The notes: generated by a model not told the origin, from the letters alone. 64,000 nucleotides of DNA from Promethearchaeati archaeon (GCA_013166775.1 JABLTJ010000003.1:64001-128000), one strand, 5' to 3'. Counted from the first letter of the stretch, positions 21,251-32,256 are shown. A program made the numbers and translations.

Positions 21251-21266
21251 CGTAAGGTTTTTTATT
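21251..21266 (+). promoter_or_regulatory. Putative BRE/TATA promoter of cdc6
   Basis: CGTAAGGTTTTTTATT, identical to 17264..17279. Confidence 0.55.
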
Positions 21267-21302
21267 ATATAATGCAACTAATCATTTGCTAAGGAGATTA
21301 AA

Positions 21303-22505
21303 ATGTCTAAATTTGACCATGTAGAAGACGCGATGTTTGGACAATCGATATTCAAGAACGAATCAACATTATATCCAGAGTATGTTCCACCTGAATTACC
21401 AACGAGGGAAGAGGACATAGCTAGACTTGCAAGAAACTTTCGCTCTTTACTTGGAAAAGAAGGCTCATTCTCAGTTAATGTAGCAATTGTTGGACACGCA
21501 GGTATTGGTAAAACAGCTCTTTGTAAATACACAATGAAAAGATTCGAAGAAGCTGCAAATAATCGTAACATTCATGTTAAGTTTCTATATTACAATTGCC
21601 ATTCTTTTAGAAGTAAGACTGCTATTTTGAGAAATGTTCTTTCAGAACACTTCAGGATTCAATCTCGTGGTTTTAGTGATGAAGAGATTCTCGACATGCT
21701 AGTTAAACGCTTGACAAGGGAAGAGATTAGATTAATAATAGCTCTAGATGAAGCAAATATGTTAAATTCTGAAGACATCTTAAGTATCTTTCACTCTGGA
21801 GAATTATTTGGTTCAGAGCAGAGTATGATATCAACAATAATCATATCAAGACCAATAGAGTATAGATCTCTTCTAAATGTCCCTTTATCAGGACATATTC
21901 ATGATCAAATGGATATCTCAGGATATAGCAGAAATCAACTTCTCCAGATACTTGAATATAGAGCAAATATGGCTCTTTATCCTACCTCTTACACAGAAGA
22001 AACATTAAATCTAATCGCAGATATCTGTTCTTCCTCTCAGAATGCAAGACATGGTTTGGAAATTTTATATCGTGCTGGTAAGCTAACTGATTTAAAACAT
22101 GAGACTTTTATCAATCCTGAATATATACGTGCTGCAAAAGCTGACGTTTACCCTGAATTAAGAAGAGATGTTCTGGAGGAATTAAGATTACAAGAACTTT
22201 TAACAGCACTTGGAATAGCCAGAAAACTAACTATTAAAGGAATAACATCTACAACCATAGAAGATGGATATGAAAGCTATGTATTAACATGTGAAGAGTA
22301 TGACCATGAATTGAGAAGTAAATCTTCATTTCGATCAGCTTTGGAAACTCTTCATAAAGTTGGAATTTTAGGCAAAAGTGTTGGACCAATAGAAGAGGGT
22401 AAAAGAGGAAGAAGAGCTAAAATTACTACATTCGATATACCCGCAACTGTATTAGTTGAGAGAATAGAGAATATTCTCTCAAAACCTGATGTCCTTAAAG
22501 AATAG
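21303..22505 (+). CDS. cdc6: Orc1/Cdc6 replication initiator AAA+ ATPase
   Basis: YVPPELPTREE, Walker A GHAGIGKT, Walker B LDEA, C-terminal winged helix with RGRR. Confidence 0.92.
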   Translation: MSKFDHVEDAMFGQSIFKNESTLYPEYVPPELPTREEDIARLARNFRSLLGKEGSFSVNVAIVGHAGIGKTALCKYTMKRFEEAANNRNIHVKFLYYNCHSFRSKTAILRNVLSEHFRIQSRGFSDEEILDMLVKRLTREEIRLIIALDEANMLNSEDILSIFHSGELFGSEQSMISTIIISRPIEYRSLLNVPLSGHIHDQMDISGYSRNQLLQILEYRANMALYPTSYTEETLNLIADICSSSQNARHGLEILYRAGKLTDLKHETFINPEYIRAAKADVYPELRRDVLEELRLQELLTALGIARKLTIKGITSTTIEDGYESYVLTCEEYDHELRSKSSFRSALETLHKVGILGKSVGPIEEGKRGRRAKITTFDIPATVLVERIENILSKPDVLKE

Positions 22506-22506
22506 A

Positions 22507-22740
22507 TTACTTAACACAAATCATAGTCATACTGTTTTTTACACCATCAATGATGAGGTTATTATTCAAAACTTGATTTTTGAGCTCATCCATAGTATCA
22601 AATTCAATTTTCACTATCAAGTCATATATTCCATAGACAGCATAAACTTCTGTTACTTCTGCGATATCCTTTAATCCTTCTTGAACAGTTTCAAGCATTC
22701 CTGTTTGAACATTTAGTAAGATATAAGCTGCTTGTGTCAT
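22507..22740 (-). CDS. Stand-alone Lrp/AsnC ligand-binding domain
   Basis: AYILLNV...VYGIYDLIVKI; no HTH. Confidence 0.85.
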   Translation of the reverse strand: MTQAAYILLNVQTGMLETVQEGLKDIAEVTEVYAVYGIYDLIVKIEFDTMDELKNQVLNNNLIIDGVKNSMTMICVK

Positions 22741-22841
22741 TTCGATTTTACTCCTATGAAGTCCTTTTTTTCGAATTCATTTAAAAAAACTAACATTGCG
22801 TCATAAAAAAATATGAAAAGAGGAAAAAAAGAAAAAAATGA

Positions 22842-24173
22842 TTAGTATTTTGTTATTTTTAACCTTGATTTGCATGCTGGACAATTCCCATTTCCAACAA
22901 TCCATTGATAAAGATGATTCTTATGAAATGCAATATCACATGAAGGACATCTGATAAGATGCTCTTGATTGTCAATGATTTGTAAGCAGATAGAGCAAGT
23001 TACCTTAATCTCATCAGAAGTTTCAACATTATAGTCTAAAATCTTTTCTGCAAAATTAACACCATAAACTTGGGCTGGTGAATATTTTGCTCGTTGTTCT
23101 TGCATTTGATAATACTTGTCTGATGGCAGAACTACTGTTGAATGTAAATTCATTCTCTTCTTCTTATAATTAACTCGAATCCCAGTAACGACTATTACAA
23201 TGAATATAAATGAAAAAATTGCAAGGATTACTATCATTATAATAATCAAGAGATTAGGAATTGGAGGTGGAGGAGGGGGGGGTATAAAAGGATCAAATAT
23301 TGTCCAATAAAATGAAGGAGTTGATCGTAGAGAATCAATAGGGATATCATTTATGACTTGATTACTTTTCCTTAAGAAAATCCTTCCAATATTTTCTGTT
23401 TGATAGTGATCATAGAAAATAGAACACTTAATCTGAGTACTGTTGCTATAATCATCGGTGTAGAATCTTAGTTTGTACCAATGTTCTTCAAACAAACCTT
23501 CTTCAGTAATGATCTCCACTAATTCTAAATCACTATAAGAAAAGTTACCTGAATATATAACAATAGATTGATCTAATTCGTTGTAGATTTCACAAGTATA
23601 GTTGAATGAAACAACATTTCTTGTTGCTAAATGTAAAACGATCTTTTCAATAGATAAGTAGAACTCCGCATTACGCTCTACTCCAAAAAATACATTATCA
23701 AAAGCATTAATATGGGTCTCATATGTCCAAACAGGATAGTCGTCTGTTAAAACCAACTCAACATTAATTGAATCTACTTTTAGAGAAGAGAATTTTATCT
23801 GAATTACTCCATCCAACTCTATTTCTGAAGTGAAGTGATGAATTGATGTATCTCCTGAAAGAATCAACCAGCTGTTTAGTGTGCTATCATTTACATCAAA
23901 GATTAATTCAATTAATAATCCTTTATAACCATCACCAAACTCAATCCCCCAACTGTTGCATTGAATTGAGAACACAATTATCTGGTTGCTAACTGATACA
24001 TAATAAGAAGTCTCATTTAGATCTGAATCCACTCTCAATGAAAAATTGGTTTGAGTTTCATCAAGCAATATTTCACTTGAAAATACATCGTGACTGATTA
24101 AAGGGAGCATTATCAATACTATTAGAAAAAGTGATGGAAAAAAGATAAAGAGCTTGTTTCTTTTCATTGTCAT
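22842..24173 (-). CDS. Single-pass membrane protein with C-terminal RING finger (putative E3 ligase)
   Basis: Signal peptide, ectodomain, Pro7 linker, TM, CSIC-x12-CPSC-x4-HKNH-x10-CPAC; ATG 24173 overlaps the upstream stop. Confidence 0.8.
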   Translation of the reverse strand: MTMKRNKLFIFFPSLFLIVLIMLPLISHDVFSSEILLDETQTNFSLRVDSDLNETSYYVSVSNQIIVFSIQCNSWGIEFGDGYKGLLIELIFDVNDSTLNSWLILSGDTSIHHFTSEIELDGVIQIKFSSLKVDSINVELVLTDDYPVWTYETHINAFDNVFFGVERNAEFYLSIEKIVLHLATRNVVSFNYTCEIYNELDQSIVIYSGNFSYSDLELVEIITEEGLFEEHWYKLRFYTDDYSNSTQIKCSIFYDHYQTENIGRIFLRKSNQVINDIPIDSLRSTPSFYWTIFDPFIPPPPPPPIPNLLIIIMIVILAIFSFIFIVIVVTGIRVNYKKKRMNLHSTVVLPSDKYYQMQEQRAKYSPAQVYGVNFAEKILDYNVETSDEIKVTCSICLQIIDNQEHLIRCPSCDIAFHKNHLYQWIVGNGNCPACKSRLKITKY

Positions 24174-26305
24174 CACATTCGTTTTCTTCTTAAGATGTAA
24201 GCTAAAGCAAAAAGACTGAAAAGAGTAAAACTCCAAAGAAACGAACTGTTTTCTGCATAATAATGACCAGAGGGTTCATTTAGATCTTCATAGTTATACG
24301 ATATTTCTATCTCTCCGTAGTGATATATAGGATAGATTAAGACATAGCACTTTTCATCTGGTAGTACTACTTCTGAATAACCGCTAATTAACAACTCCCA
24401 ATTAGATGCATTAAAAACATAGATTTTTGTTTCAACTAATACAGAATCTGCTAGTATACTTCTACTTCTTTCCTCACCACTTTTGTTATCAATCTCTAAT
24501 AGAACAACATCATCGTATTCAAGGATACACATTTTTTCTTCAGCAAAATTGATGCTCTCTAATATTTGACTACTCACCGATACTCCAGTGTATTCTGCAG
24601 CTAGTAGCTGAATTTTGAAAACATGTCCAGCTGGAACGGTTATAGCAATTGAATAACAGTTACTTTCACTTTCTACTATTGCTGATAAATTCAAATCAAG
24701 CACTACCAAATCGAAAGCATAATCTAAGTTTTCTGATAATACAATTAAGAATGAATCATCAGTTTGATGACCCTTGATAATCATCATTATGTTTTGTTCA
24801 GGTATTAGTGTAACTTCTTGTCTTTTTCCAGATTCTAAGGTAGAAAACTCTTCCTCATCAGTGATTTTGATACTTTGAACTGTTGTAGTTATCTCGTTAC
24901 CCAACCAATCTTTGGTATAAATTTGATAGAATATTTCGCTAGTAAACAAGTCGTATGGTATAGAAAGCAAATATAGATCCTTTTCTACCTCTGTTCCATT
25001 TGAGATCAACCAAAATCCGTTCTTTTCCATTTTATAGTAAATCTCAACATAAGGTACTCCAGTAACATCTTTAACCTTACAATTAACATTCAGGAATCTT
25101 TCATCTGTAAATATGTCCACACTAGTATAAACCCAGAAATCTATTTCTGGAGGAAGATCATCTATTAGTACAGTAAACGTTTCAGTCCGATATTCTCTTA
25201 CATCAGCATCATTTAGATGACTCAAAACAACCTTAATCTTCAGATCCAATTCTACTGCATATTGTTCTACAAGCTCACCTATAATAAATGGTAAATCACT
25301 TGTTTGAAGTTCACCATCACCGAGTCTGATGTATGTTCCTCCAGTCAACATCGCTGCAGAATGTAATTGTTCAATAGTCTTATCATTAGAACTTGTAGCA
25401 ACTATTGAGCAGATTATATATCCTTCTTCAGAGAAATTTGCATACAACTCATACAATAAAGGTCCATCGTAATCAGCTTCCAGTGAATTGGGTGGTACTT
25501 CTAATGGACCGTCACCTATAATCTCTCCTGTATCACATGGTTCATCAGTGATCAAGGTCAGAAGCTTGACTGAATTATCTCTCCACGATAAGTAATTTTG
25601 TGCAACCCACAAAGCGTCTCCCCAAGGCTCATATCCTCCAGCTGCTGTAGTTGCTGAGAGTACATTTACTATGTGTTGAAAATCATTAGTTAAGTCATGT
25701 ACCAATGCTGGATTGTTATAGGGATCTTGCATTGGAATATCATAATCCCCTCCAAAGAATACCAATCCAATTCGTATGTCTGGAACTGTGTCCTCAAGTT
25801 CTTCGATAACTTCAATTAAATCAGCTTTTAGAACATCAATTTCGTCCTGCATGGAACCAGAAATATCTAAGACAATAGCAACATCAATTGGATCTCCAAC
25901 AACTGCTTGACTTGGAACAATATCTATAGTATACTCATCTGTTATCCATGATTCTTCAGGATCAAAGATATCTTTACTCGAAGTAAAATTATCGGCAAGT
26001 AAACCAAAATCATTGGTTTCAGGAAACATTTCTAATAATCTTAACTGTTGCTCTGAATAATTGGTTAAGTTAAAACGCACAGAAAATGAACCACCTGGTA
26101 AAATGCTGGGTATTTTATCCTCTCGATGCGAGTCGATGCTAGGAATCATTTCAATTGTTACATTATCCAATGGATTATTCACTAGGCTAGGAACAATAAC
26201 CGTTGTTGAATGACTGTTCTGTTCCCCAAAAACAGTTGCACTTGATGTAAAAAATATTCCAAGCACAAAAACTGCAATCAGTATTTCTTTTCTTTTCAGA
26301 TTCAT
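24173..26305 (-). CDS. Secreted vWA-domain surface protein with C-terminal anchor
   Basis: Signal peptide; MIDAS DISGS, LITDEP; tail FTLFSLFALAYILRRKRM. Confidence 0.85.
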   Translation of the reverse strand: MNLKRKEILIAVFVLGIFFTSSATVFGEQNSHSTTVIVPSLVNNPLDNVTIEMIPSIDSHREDKIPSILPGGSFSVRFNLTNYSEQQLRLLEMFPETNDFGLLADNFTSSKDIFDPEESWITDEYTIDIVPSQAVVGDPIDVAIVLDISGSMQDEIDVLKADLIEVIEELEDTVPDIRIGLVFFGGDYDIPMQDPYNNPALVHDLTNDFQHIVNVLSATTAAGGYEPWGDALWVAQNYLSWRDNSVKLLTLITDEPCDTGEIIGDGPLEVPPNSLEADYDGPLLYELYANFSEEGYIICSIVATSSNDKTIEQLHSAAMLTGGTYIRLGDGELQTSDLPFIIGELVEQYAVELDLKIKVVLSHLNDADVREYRTETFTVLIDDLPPEIDFWVYTSVDIFTDERFLNVNCKVKDVTGVPYVEIYYKMEKNGFWLISNGTEVEKDLYLLSIPYDLFTSEIFYQIYTKDWLGNEITTTVQSIKITDEEEFSTLESGKRQEVTLIPEQNIMMIIKGHQTDDSFLIVLSENLDYAFDLVVLDLNLSAIVESESNCYSIAITVPAGHVFKIQLLAAEYTGVSVSSQILESINFAEEKMCILEYDDVVLLEIDNKSGEERSRSILADSVLVETKIYVFNASNWELLISGYSEVVLPDEKCYVLIYPIYHYGEIEISYNYEDLNEPSGHYYAENSSFLWSFTLFSLFALAYILRRKRM

Positions 26306-26870
26306 GTTTATCTATGTAATATCAATATATCGAGATATTAAAATGTTTTGTTGGAGGAATTTGTGGCCTGTTTAAGATTAATTTATCATAATTGTGATAT
26401 AGTGAGCGTTCTAATTCGAAAATACTTTCGATTTATTAATAAAGATTAATCAGTTCAAAGTTATTAAAGTGACTCGAAAAGTTTAATTTTACAAAGAACA
26501 TTGTAATTATGAAGGTTACAATCTTGAATGAAATGATACCTGAGATATCTGCAAAAGAATTTCTTTACTTTATCTGTGAATCTTCTCGACTTTACTGATA
26601 GTGTTAACAAAAGCAATTGGCAATCGTTTCTATGTTATATTAATTACAGAAAAATTAAGAAACAAATACAGTCATATATGTACAAAGTAGATGGATAATT
26701 GAAACATTTAACCTACGAATCCCTTTGAATGGTTCTAGTTTTTCCTTTAATTTGCTTCTAGTATATTATCTATTCATATAAGCTCAAACGATTTTTAACT
26801 TAGTTCAACAAATTATGTTTTTGGGAGAAAATAAGTTCTCTCTCAAACAAAACTTAATGGAAGTGATAAA

Positions 26871-28168
26871 ATGAAAAAAGTAAGTTCAATTCTTATTTGT
26901 TTTCTAATTCTATTCAACTTAAACATACTACTATGAACTGTGAAGATTTCAATATCACTAAAAGAAATGCTCTCTTCTGTACTGGGACATATGAAATCGG
27001 AGGAGATGGAGAACCCGATAATGCAATTGATTGGATAAACATAAACGAAGCGTTTACTAGCTATTCATGGTTAAAAAATAACCATGGAAATTATAAACTA
27101 GCAATCTTGGATACTGGATTAGATGAAGGAACATTTGTTTATTTCAGAAATAAGTACTCATCATCTTTGCTAAATCTTCGTCTTTTTAATGCTAATGGTC
27201 AAGAAGTTCAACCATATGATGCTATAGATTATGTTTCGGAATTTCATCATGGTACCTTTGTTACAAGTATAATAATACAATTACTAGAAAGAGATTCTCA
27301 CAATGTTAATGCACAAATTGATGTATATGTGATTGCTGATTCCGATGGTGATTTTGATGAAGATATTATGTATGATCAACTTAATAGAATTAAGACTTGG
27401 AATACTCAGAATCCAAATAATAGATATAAAGTTATTACCACTGCTTATAGAGATTCAAAGACTAGTGAACCAAGCTATACTTCACTAATTAACCAGCTTG
27501 TTAGTAACCAGAACTGTATATTCATAGCAGCATCAGGGAATTATGTTTATGGTGATCTTGAACATGGTACAGATCCAGACGACGAAAACTGGGGAAGCTA
27601 TCCTTCGAAACTACCTAAGGTGATAGGAGCAGGAGGAATATATGGCTATAACGTTCCAACAGAATACAGTAGCAAAAAAATAAATCGAATGACTGTACAG
27701 TCAGCATTTAGAAAACCTGAATTTAAGACAGGAGGTTACTGGCTTGGAAGTTGTTACAAACACAATGCACCTCTTTCAACTGCTGGAGTAGAATTAGCTG
27801 CTCCCGGATTTAAGATTGAAGGTTTCATGGATAAAGATGGTTTGGAAGGGGTAGAGAACTATATAGCTACCGGAACAAGTCTTTCAGCCCCTCAGGTAGC
27901 AGTAGCAGCTTATCTTGCAGCAAGAGCTAAATATTACTTGGATTCGTCTGATCCTTTGACTTATGATGACTTTTATGCAGCTATAGTTCAATCATCAGAA
28001 AATGATCCAAGTGGTAGATATAAGTCAACATACGACAAAATAAGGCATGAAAAAGTTGGAATACCAACAGCTAACCTTGGTACATATACAACTTATTTCT
28101 CATACAGAGTCGGGTATGGTTCTTTAGATGTACATGACATGATAGAATTTATAACTGATCTATCCTAA
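26871..28168 (+). CDS. S8 subtilase; signal peptide lies in a different frame (frameshift near 26925)
   Basis: LDTG, HGTFV, AASGN, GTSLSAP; ATG 26871 gives MKKVSSILICFLILFNLNILL* out of frame with the catalytic body. Confidence 0.8.
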
Positions 28169-28177
28169 GGTGAATAG

Positions 28178-29601
28178 ATGAAAAAAAAACAGAAGATTCT
28201 ATTATCTTGTGGGATTATTATACTAATAAACGTAATTTTAATCCCCTCTGTTTTTTTTTTATTCAACGATCTCCAAAGATAAAGGAGTTTTTATATCCTA
28301 ACCCTCTTTTCAATAATGGAACATTTTCAGACATGGTTATTGAAAACGATGATAAGATTCATTTCGGAATCAGAAGTTACAAACCTAATAATTCTGGTCC
28401 AACATATGCCCTTCTAGATTTTAGAAAGAATGCAGAGAATATTTTTTATTATGAAGCAATTAAACCCACAACTGGTTTTATTGATCAGTATCAAATTAGA
28501 ATCATATTGGATTCAGATAACAAACCCATGATTTACTATTACTATCTAAATTCTTGGGGATTCTTTCGTTCAAGAATATATATACTAGATGATGAGGAAT
28601 GGAAGTTTCCTTCTTTCTTCAACCCAACGCTAAGGTTAATTACTAACGGCCCTCTATTAAATTGGTTTAATTTTCAACCAGGAATTACATTTTATTCAAG
28701 CATTTATCAAGAACCGAGAATCAGCTATTATAATACTACACCTATTTTATATATGCAAAATTCTAGTACGGTTCATTTCTTAAATTCCTCTTTTATTGAA
28801 ATTCAGAATGCGGAAAGTTACGCACCTGGCGATTTTCAGATAATAGACACTTCTTTAGCGATTTTATGGACCAAGTATGAAAATTCCTCCTACTCCCACC
28901 CTTATTTAACAATAAAATGGGCACGAGAGGGATGGAAAATTTACAAATTGGGAAATGAGTTGGAGAACCATTTCTTAGCAAGAGCAATCATACCTTATGA
29001 TAACGTTTTCAATGTTTTCTATTATGATAATGGTGAATACAGTAATGATGCAAGATTATTTTTAGAGAAATTTTATAATTCAAGCTACTCTACAAAAGAA
29101 GAAATTACTTCCTTCAATGGTGAAATTTTCTTTTATGATGAATCAATTACAATGGTCTCTCCAGATTGCTTTGCGTTTTTATATTCAAAAAGCTCTTATG
29201 AACCTGACAGTCAATTTGATTTATACCTAGGAATTTACAATAGTTCATATTATCGTGAGATACAACTAACAGATACTCCAAATTATTCCGAATACTGGGC
29301 AAACTGCGAAACAGGGAATCAATATCTTCATTTTACATGGGGACATTTTGGTTATGAAGGTACAAATACAGTTGAATGGCATACTACGAGCATTTTTTAT
29401 AATAGGATCTTAATTTCAGATCTCAACAATCTTGAAAAGATAGAAGACATTGATTTCATAACATTATCACCACAGTTTGGAAAGAATAGCTCTTTCTCTT
29501 TGGTTCTTAATTACCTCTCAAGTTCATTGAATCATAAACAAGAATTTATTATCTTTCTTTCAACTATTCTCTGGAATTTTAAGAAAAATAAGAGGATATA
29601 G
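28178..29601 (+). CDS. Secreted beta-rich surface protein, frameshifted at a T10 tract (28251-28260)
   Basis: ATG 28178 encodes signal MKKKQKILLSCGIIILINVILIPSVFF; one extra T joins it to the long ORF. Confidence 0.65.
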
Positions 29602-29611
29602 GAGATTCTTT

Positions 29612-30121
29612 ATGAAATCTTTTGATGATATTATAAATTCCTTTGTAAAATTGCTTATGGAATTAGAAAATTATTCAAGTGTAGTTTCTGTTACATTAGG
29701 AGGTTCACAAGTGTCTGGTGTGGTTGATTCATTCAGTGATGTAGATTTGATGCTTATTTGCTTTGAGAATTCAAGCAAGAAATTATATGATGAACTTAAA
29801 AGATCAATAAGAAATGAATCTTATTTTAGATTTCTTGATGTGAAGATTATAGAGACATCTCATATACATCAGATTAATAATAGCATATCGTCTCCATTTT
29901 TCTATCATTTCATGAAAAATTCAATCGTCTTGATAGGAAAAAATCTAAAAGATGATTTCAAACTGAAAGAGATATGGTGTTATCATGCAATTAATAGCTA
30001 TCAAGACAAACTAAGAGCGGTAGAGGAATTGATAGAAAATTATCAGAACTATTCTGAATCAAAGATACTATTATATGAAATTGCAAAGCGTTTCATAATT
30101 ATAGCTGAACTACTCTTCTGA
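29612..30121 (+). CDS. Nucleotidyltransferase (Pol-beta/MNT-like) domain protein, probably truncated
   Basis: GGS...DSFSDVDL motif. Confidence 0.7.
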   Translation: MKSFDDIINSFVKLLMELENYSSVVSVTLGGSQVSGVVDSFSDVDLMLICFENSSKKLYDELKRSIRNESYFRFLDVKIIETSHIHQINNSISSPFFYHFMKNSIVLIGKNLKDDFKLKEIWCYHAINSYQDKLRAVEELIENYQNYSESKILLYEIAKRFIIIAELLF

Positions 30122-30126
30122 TAGAT

Positions 30127-30372
30127 TTGGAAACATCTAAAGATTTGCTAACTTATTATATTGATTATAATATTACTTGGGGATTTGGGAAAATAAATGA
30201 GGGTAATTATTCCAAGTTTGGCTTATCAGTTGTTCCAACCTTCTACTTTTTCAATCAAACTGGATATGAAATTAATCTAAATAAGGGAGAAATGAATTTA
30301 TCACAATTAATTGATTTTATTGATCTTGAAATAAATATAACAAAAACATATGATCTAAAGATAATAGTCTGA
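30127..30372 (+). pseudogene. C-terminal fragment of a thioredoxin/TlpA-like protein
   Basis: FGLSVVPTFYFFNQTG cis-Pro motif; no CxxC. Confidence 0.5.
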
Positions 30373-30377
30373 TAGGT

Positions 30378-30938
30378 TTACCAATCAATATCAAATGTGA
30401 ATTCCATAATTGATGGTTCCAGAATTTTTCCATCTAGATAATTAATTAGTGTCATTTTGCTTGCAAGATATTCTTGAATATCACTCTTCAATATTTCCAA
30501 AGCAATACTGTCTAGTTCTTTCATTGTGTTTAATGTAACATAGAAAGTAGACATATTACTATCGTATTCAACATCAAATCTCTTGAAAGTGTGTTTAAAG
30601 AATTTAGAATTAAACATTTCTTCTATTTCTTGATACCGTCCTTTCAAAAACCATTCAGGCACAATCTCTTTCAGTTCATCAATTGAGCCATCAGATTCTC
30701 CTTGCTTTTGTTTGTGAAAAATACTTAACCATTTGAATATAATCTCATTTGTTTTATTTTCTAGAAAATCTTCCAGTCCATTTTTTTTTGCGCAGTTGCT
30801 TTTAACTTGATCAAAATATTCAGCAAACAACTCATCGGAATACTTGATTCTTTTAGCTTTGAACCAATCCCCTACTATTTGAAGAATCTCACCAACAGAT
30901 AGATTAAATGAAAATATATCTTCTTCACTTTCACTCAT
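30378..30938 (-). CDS. Hypothetical protein
   Basis: Long ORF; likely ATG start MSESEE. Confidence 0.65.
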   Translation of the reverse strand: MSESEEDIFSFNLSVGEILQIVGDWFKAKRIKYSDELFAEYFDQVKSNCAKKNGLEDFLENKTNEIIFKWLSIFHKQKQGESDGSIDELKEIVPEWFLKGRYQEIEEMFNSKFFKHTFKRFDVEYDSNMSTFYVTLNTMKELDSIALEILKSDIQEYLASKMTLINYLDGKILEPSIMEFTFDIDW

Positions 30939-31141
30939 GGTAATCCCTTTCGCTAATGTAGAATCATTATACAGTTGTTTTTCTCGTTTATAATCATTTC
31001 CAAGAATCAAAAATCCTCACACTTATTATTATTAAATTACTATTACCTTACTTTACTGCCCTTAATTGATATTTGCTTATACATCTCAAAATATCGATAT
31101 ATTCCGATATCCTTATATGCGTTGATGAGAAGACTCAAGCA

Positions 31142-31486
31142 ATGAGTGAAAAATATTTCAAGAAGATGATTGAATTATTGGAAGCTATGAATTCGAGATT
31201 GGAAAGAATCGAAATGAAGCTTTCTGTAGATTCTACACCTGTTTCTTCCTTAGATTTTTTGTCAAAAATACCTAGATCTCACATTGAAACATTTTCTGCT
31301 GTGCAGGAGCTTGGTGAAGCAACTTGTACAGAAGTAGCAGAAATTACAGGGAGGTCTCATAATTTAGAATCACGCTATTTAGTTCGCTTAAAAGAATTAG
31401 GGATGCTAAAAAACAAGAGAGTACCGGTTTCTGATTCTTCTAAAAGAGGGACAGAAGTTAAATACTTCATAGAGGAGGGTAACTGA
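31142..31486 (+). CDS. Winged-helix DNA-binding protein with N-terminal coiled coil
   Basis: ATCTEVAEITGRSHNLESRYLVRLKELG. Confidence 0.8.
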   Translation: MSEKYFKKMIELLEAMNSRLERIEMKLSVDSTPVSSLDFLSKIPRSHIETFSAVQELGEATCTEVAEITGRSHNLESRYLVRLKELGMLKNKRVPVSDSSKRGTEVKYFIEEGN

Positions 31487-31487
31487 G

Positions 31488-32255
31488 ATGAAAACAATCT
31501 GTGTTCACAGTTATAAGGGAGGTACAGGGAAGACAACTTTTCTCTTAAATATAGCGGGTACTCTAGCAAAGAACAAGAAAAAGACTCTCGCTGTTGATTA
31601 TGATTTACGAGCTCCTTCCTTTCAATCATACTTTAAATTTGAAAGACAAGCTTATTTGACAGATTATCTCCTAGAAGAAATAAGTTTGAATAGAGTAATC
31701 TTTCCTTGTGAAGCTTCTGCAGATGTAAGATTGGATTTAATATTTTCCTCAATGGATTTTCTGAACCAGCATTCAAAACAAAGGGATAAGCTATCAAGAG
31801 ATGATGCAAAATTCCTAGCTAAACTATATGCTCTTCAAAAATCGATATATGGAAACTATGATTATCTTCTGATTGATACAATCCCTGGTTTCTTCTATAG
31901 GTCAATAGATACTATGATGGTATCTGATGTGATAATTGTAGTTGCAACCCCCAGTACTTCAAACGTTTTAGGAATACAGGAACTCTGCAATAACATCTAT
32001 TCCATGCTCAAAGAAGAGAGAAAGATGATCCTAATGATAAATAAAATAGAAGAGGAAGGAATAGAAGCTGATAAAGAGATTTTTGAGAAGAATCTTGCTT
32101 CTTTAAAGAAAATAGGTAAGGAGTATTTTGATGAAATGATTGAGATTCCTTATTTCAAGATTTTGAGTGAAAGAATACATGCATTTGAGAAAGAACCTCA
32201 CACAGAATTCTTAAATTCAATAGATGGAATTATCAAATTGTTAGTCTCTGATTAA
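31488..32255 (+). CDS. MinD/ParA family ATPase
   Basis: Deviant Walker A KGGTGKT, VDYD, LLIDT. Confidence 0.9.
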   Translation: MKTICVHSYKGGTGKTTFLLNIAGTLAKNKKKTLAVDYDLRAPSFQSYFKFERQAYLTDYLLEEISLNRVIFPCEASADVRLDLIFSSMDFLNQHSKQRDKLSRDDAKFLAKLYALQKSIYGNYDYLLIDTIPGFFYRSIDTMMVSDVIIVVATPSTSNVLGIQELCNNIYSMLKEERKMILMINKIEEEGIEADKEIFEKNLASLKKIGKEYFDEMIEIPYFKILSERIHAFEKEPHTEFLNSIDGIIKLLVSD

Positions 32256-32256
32256 A

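Noticed and set aside
21176-21302. Replication origin next to cdc6
   Set aside because: Gap is only about 127 nt and contains promoters but no ORB repeats
24174-24236. Track N-terminal extension of the RING protein (likewise ygeY, esterase and 322..1053 extensions)
   Set aside because: Extensions overlap neighbouring genes, relics or promoters; downstream ATGs give proper N-termini
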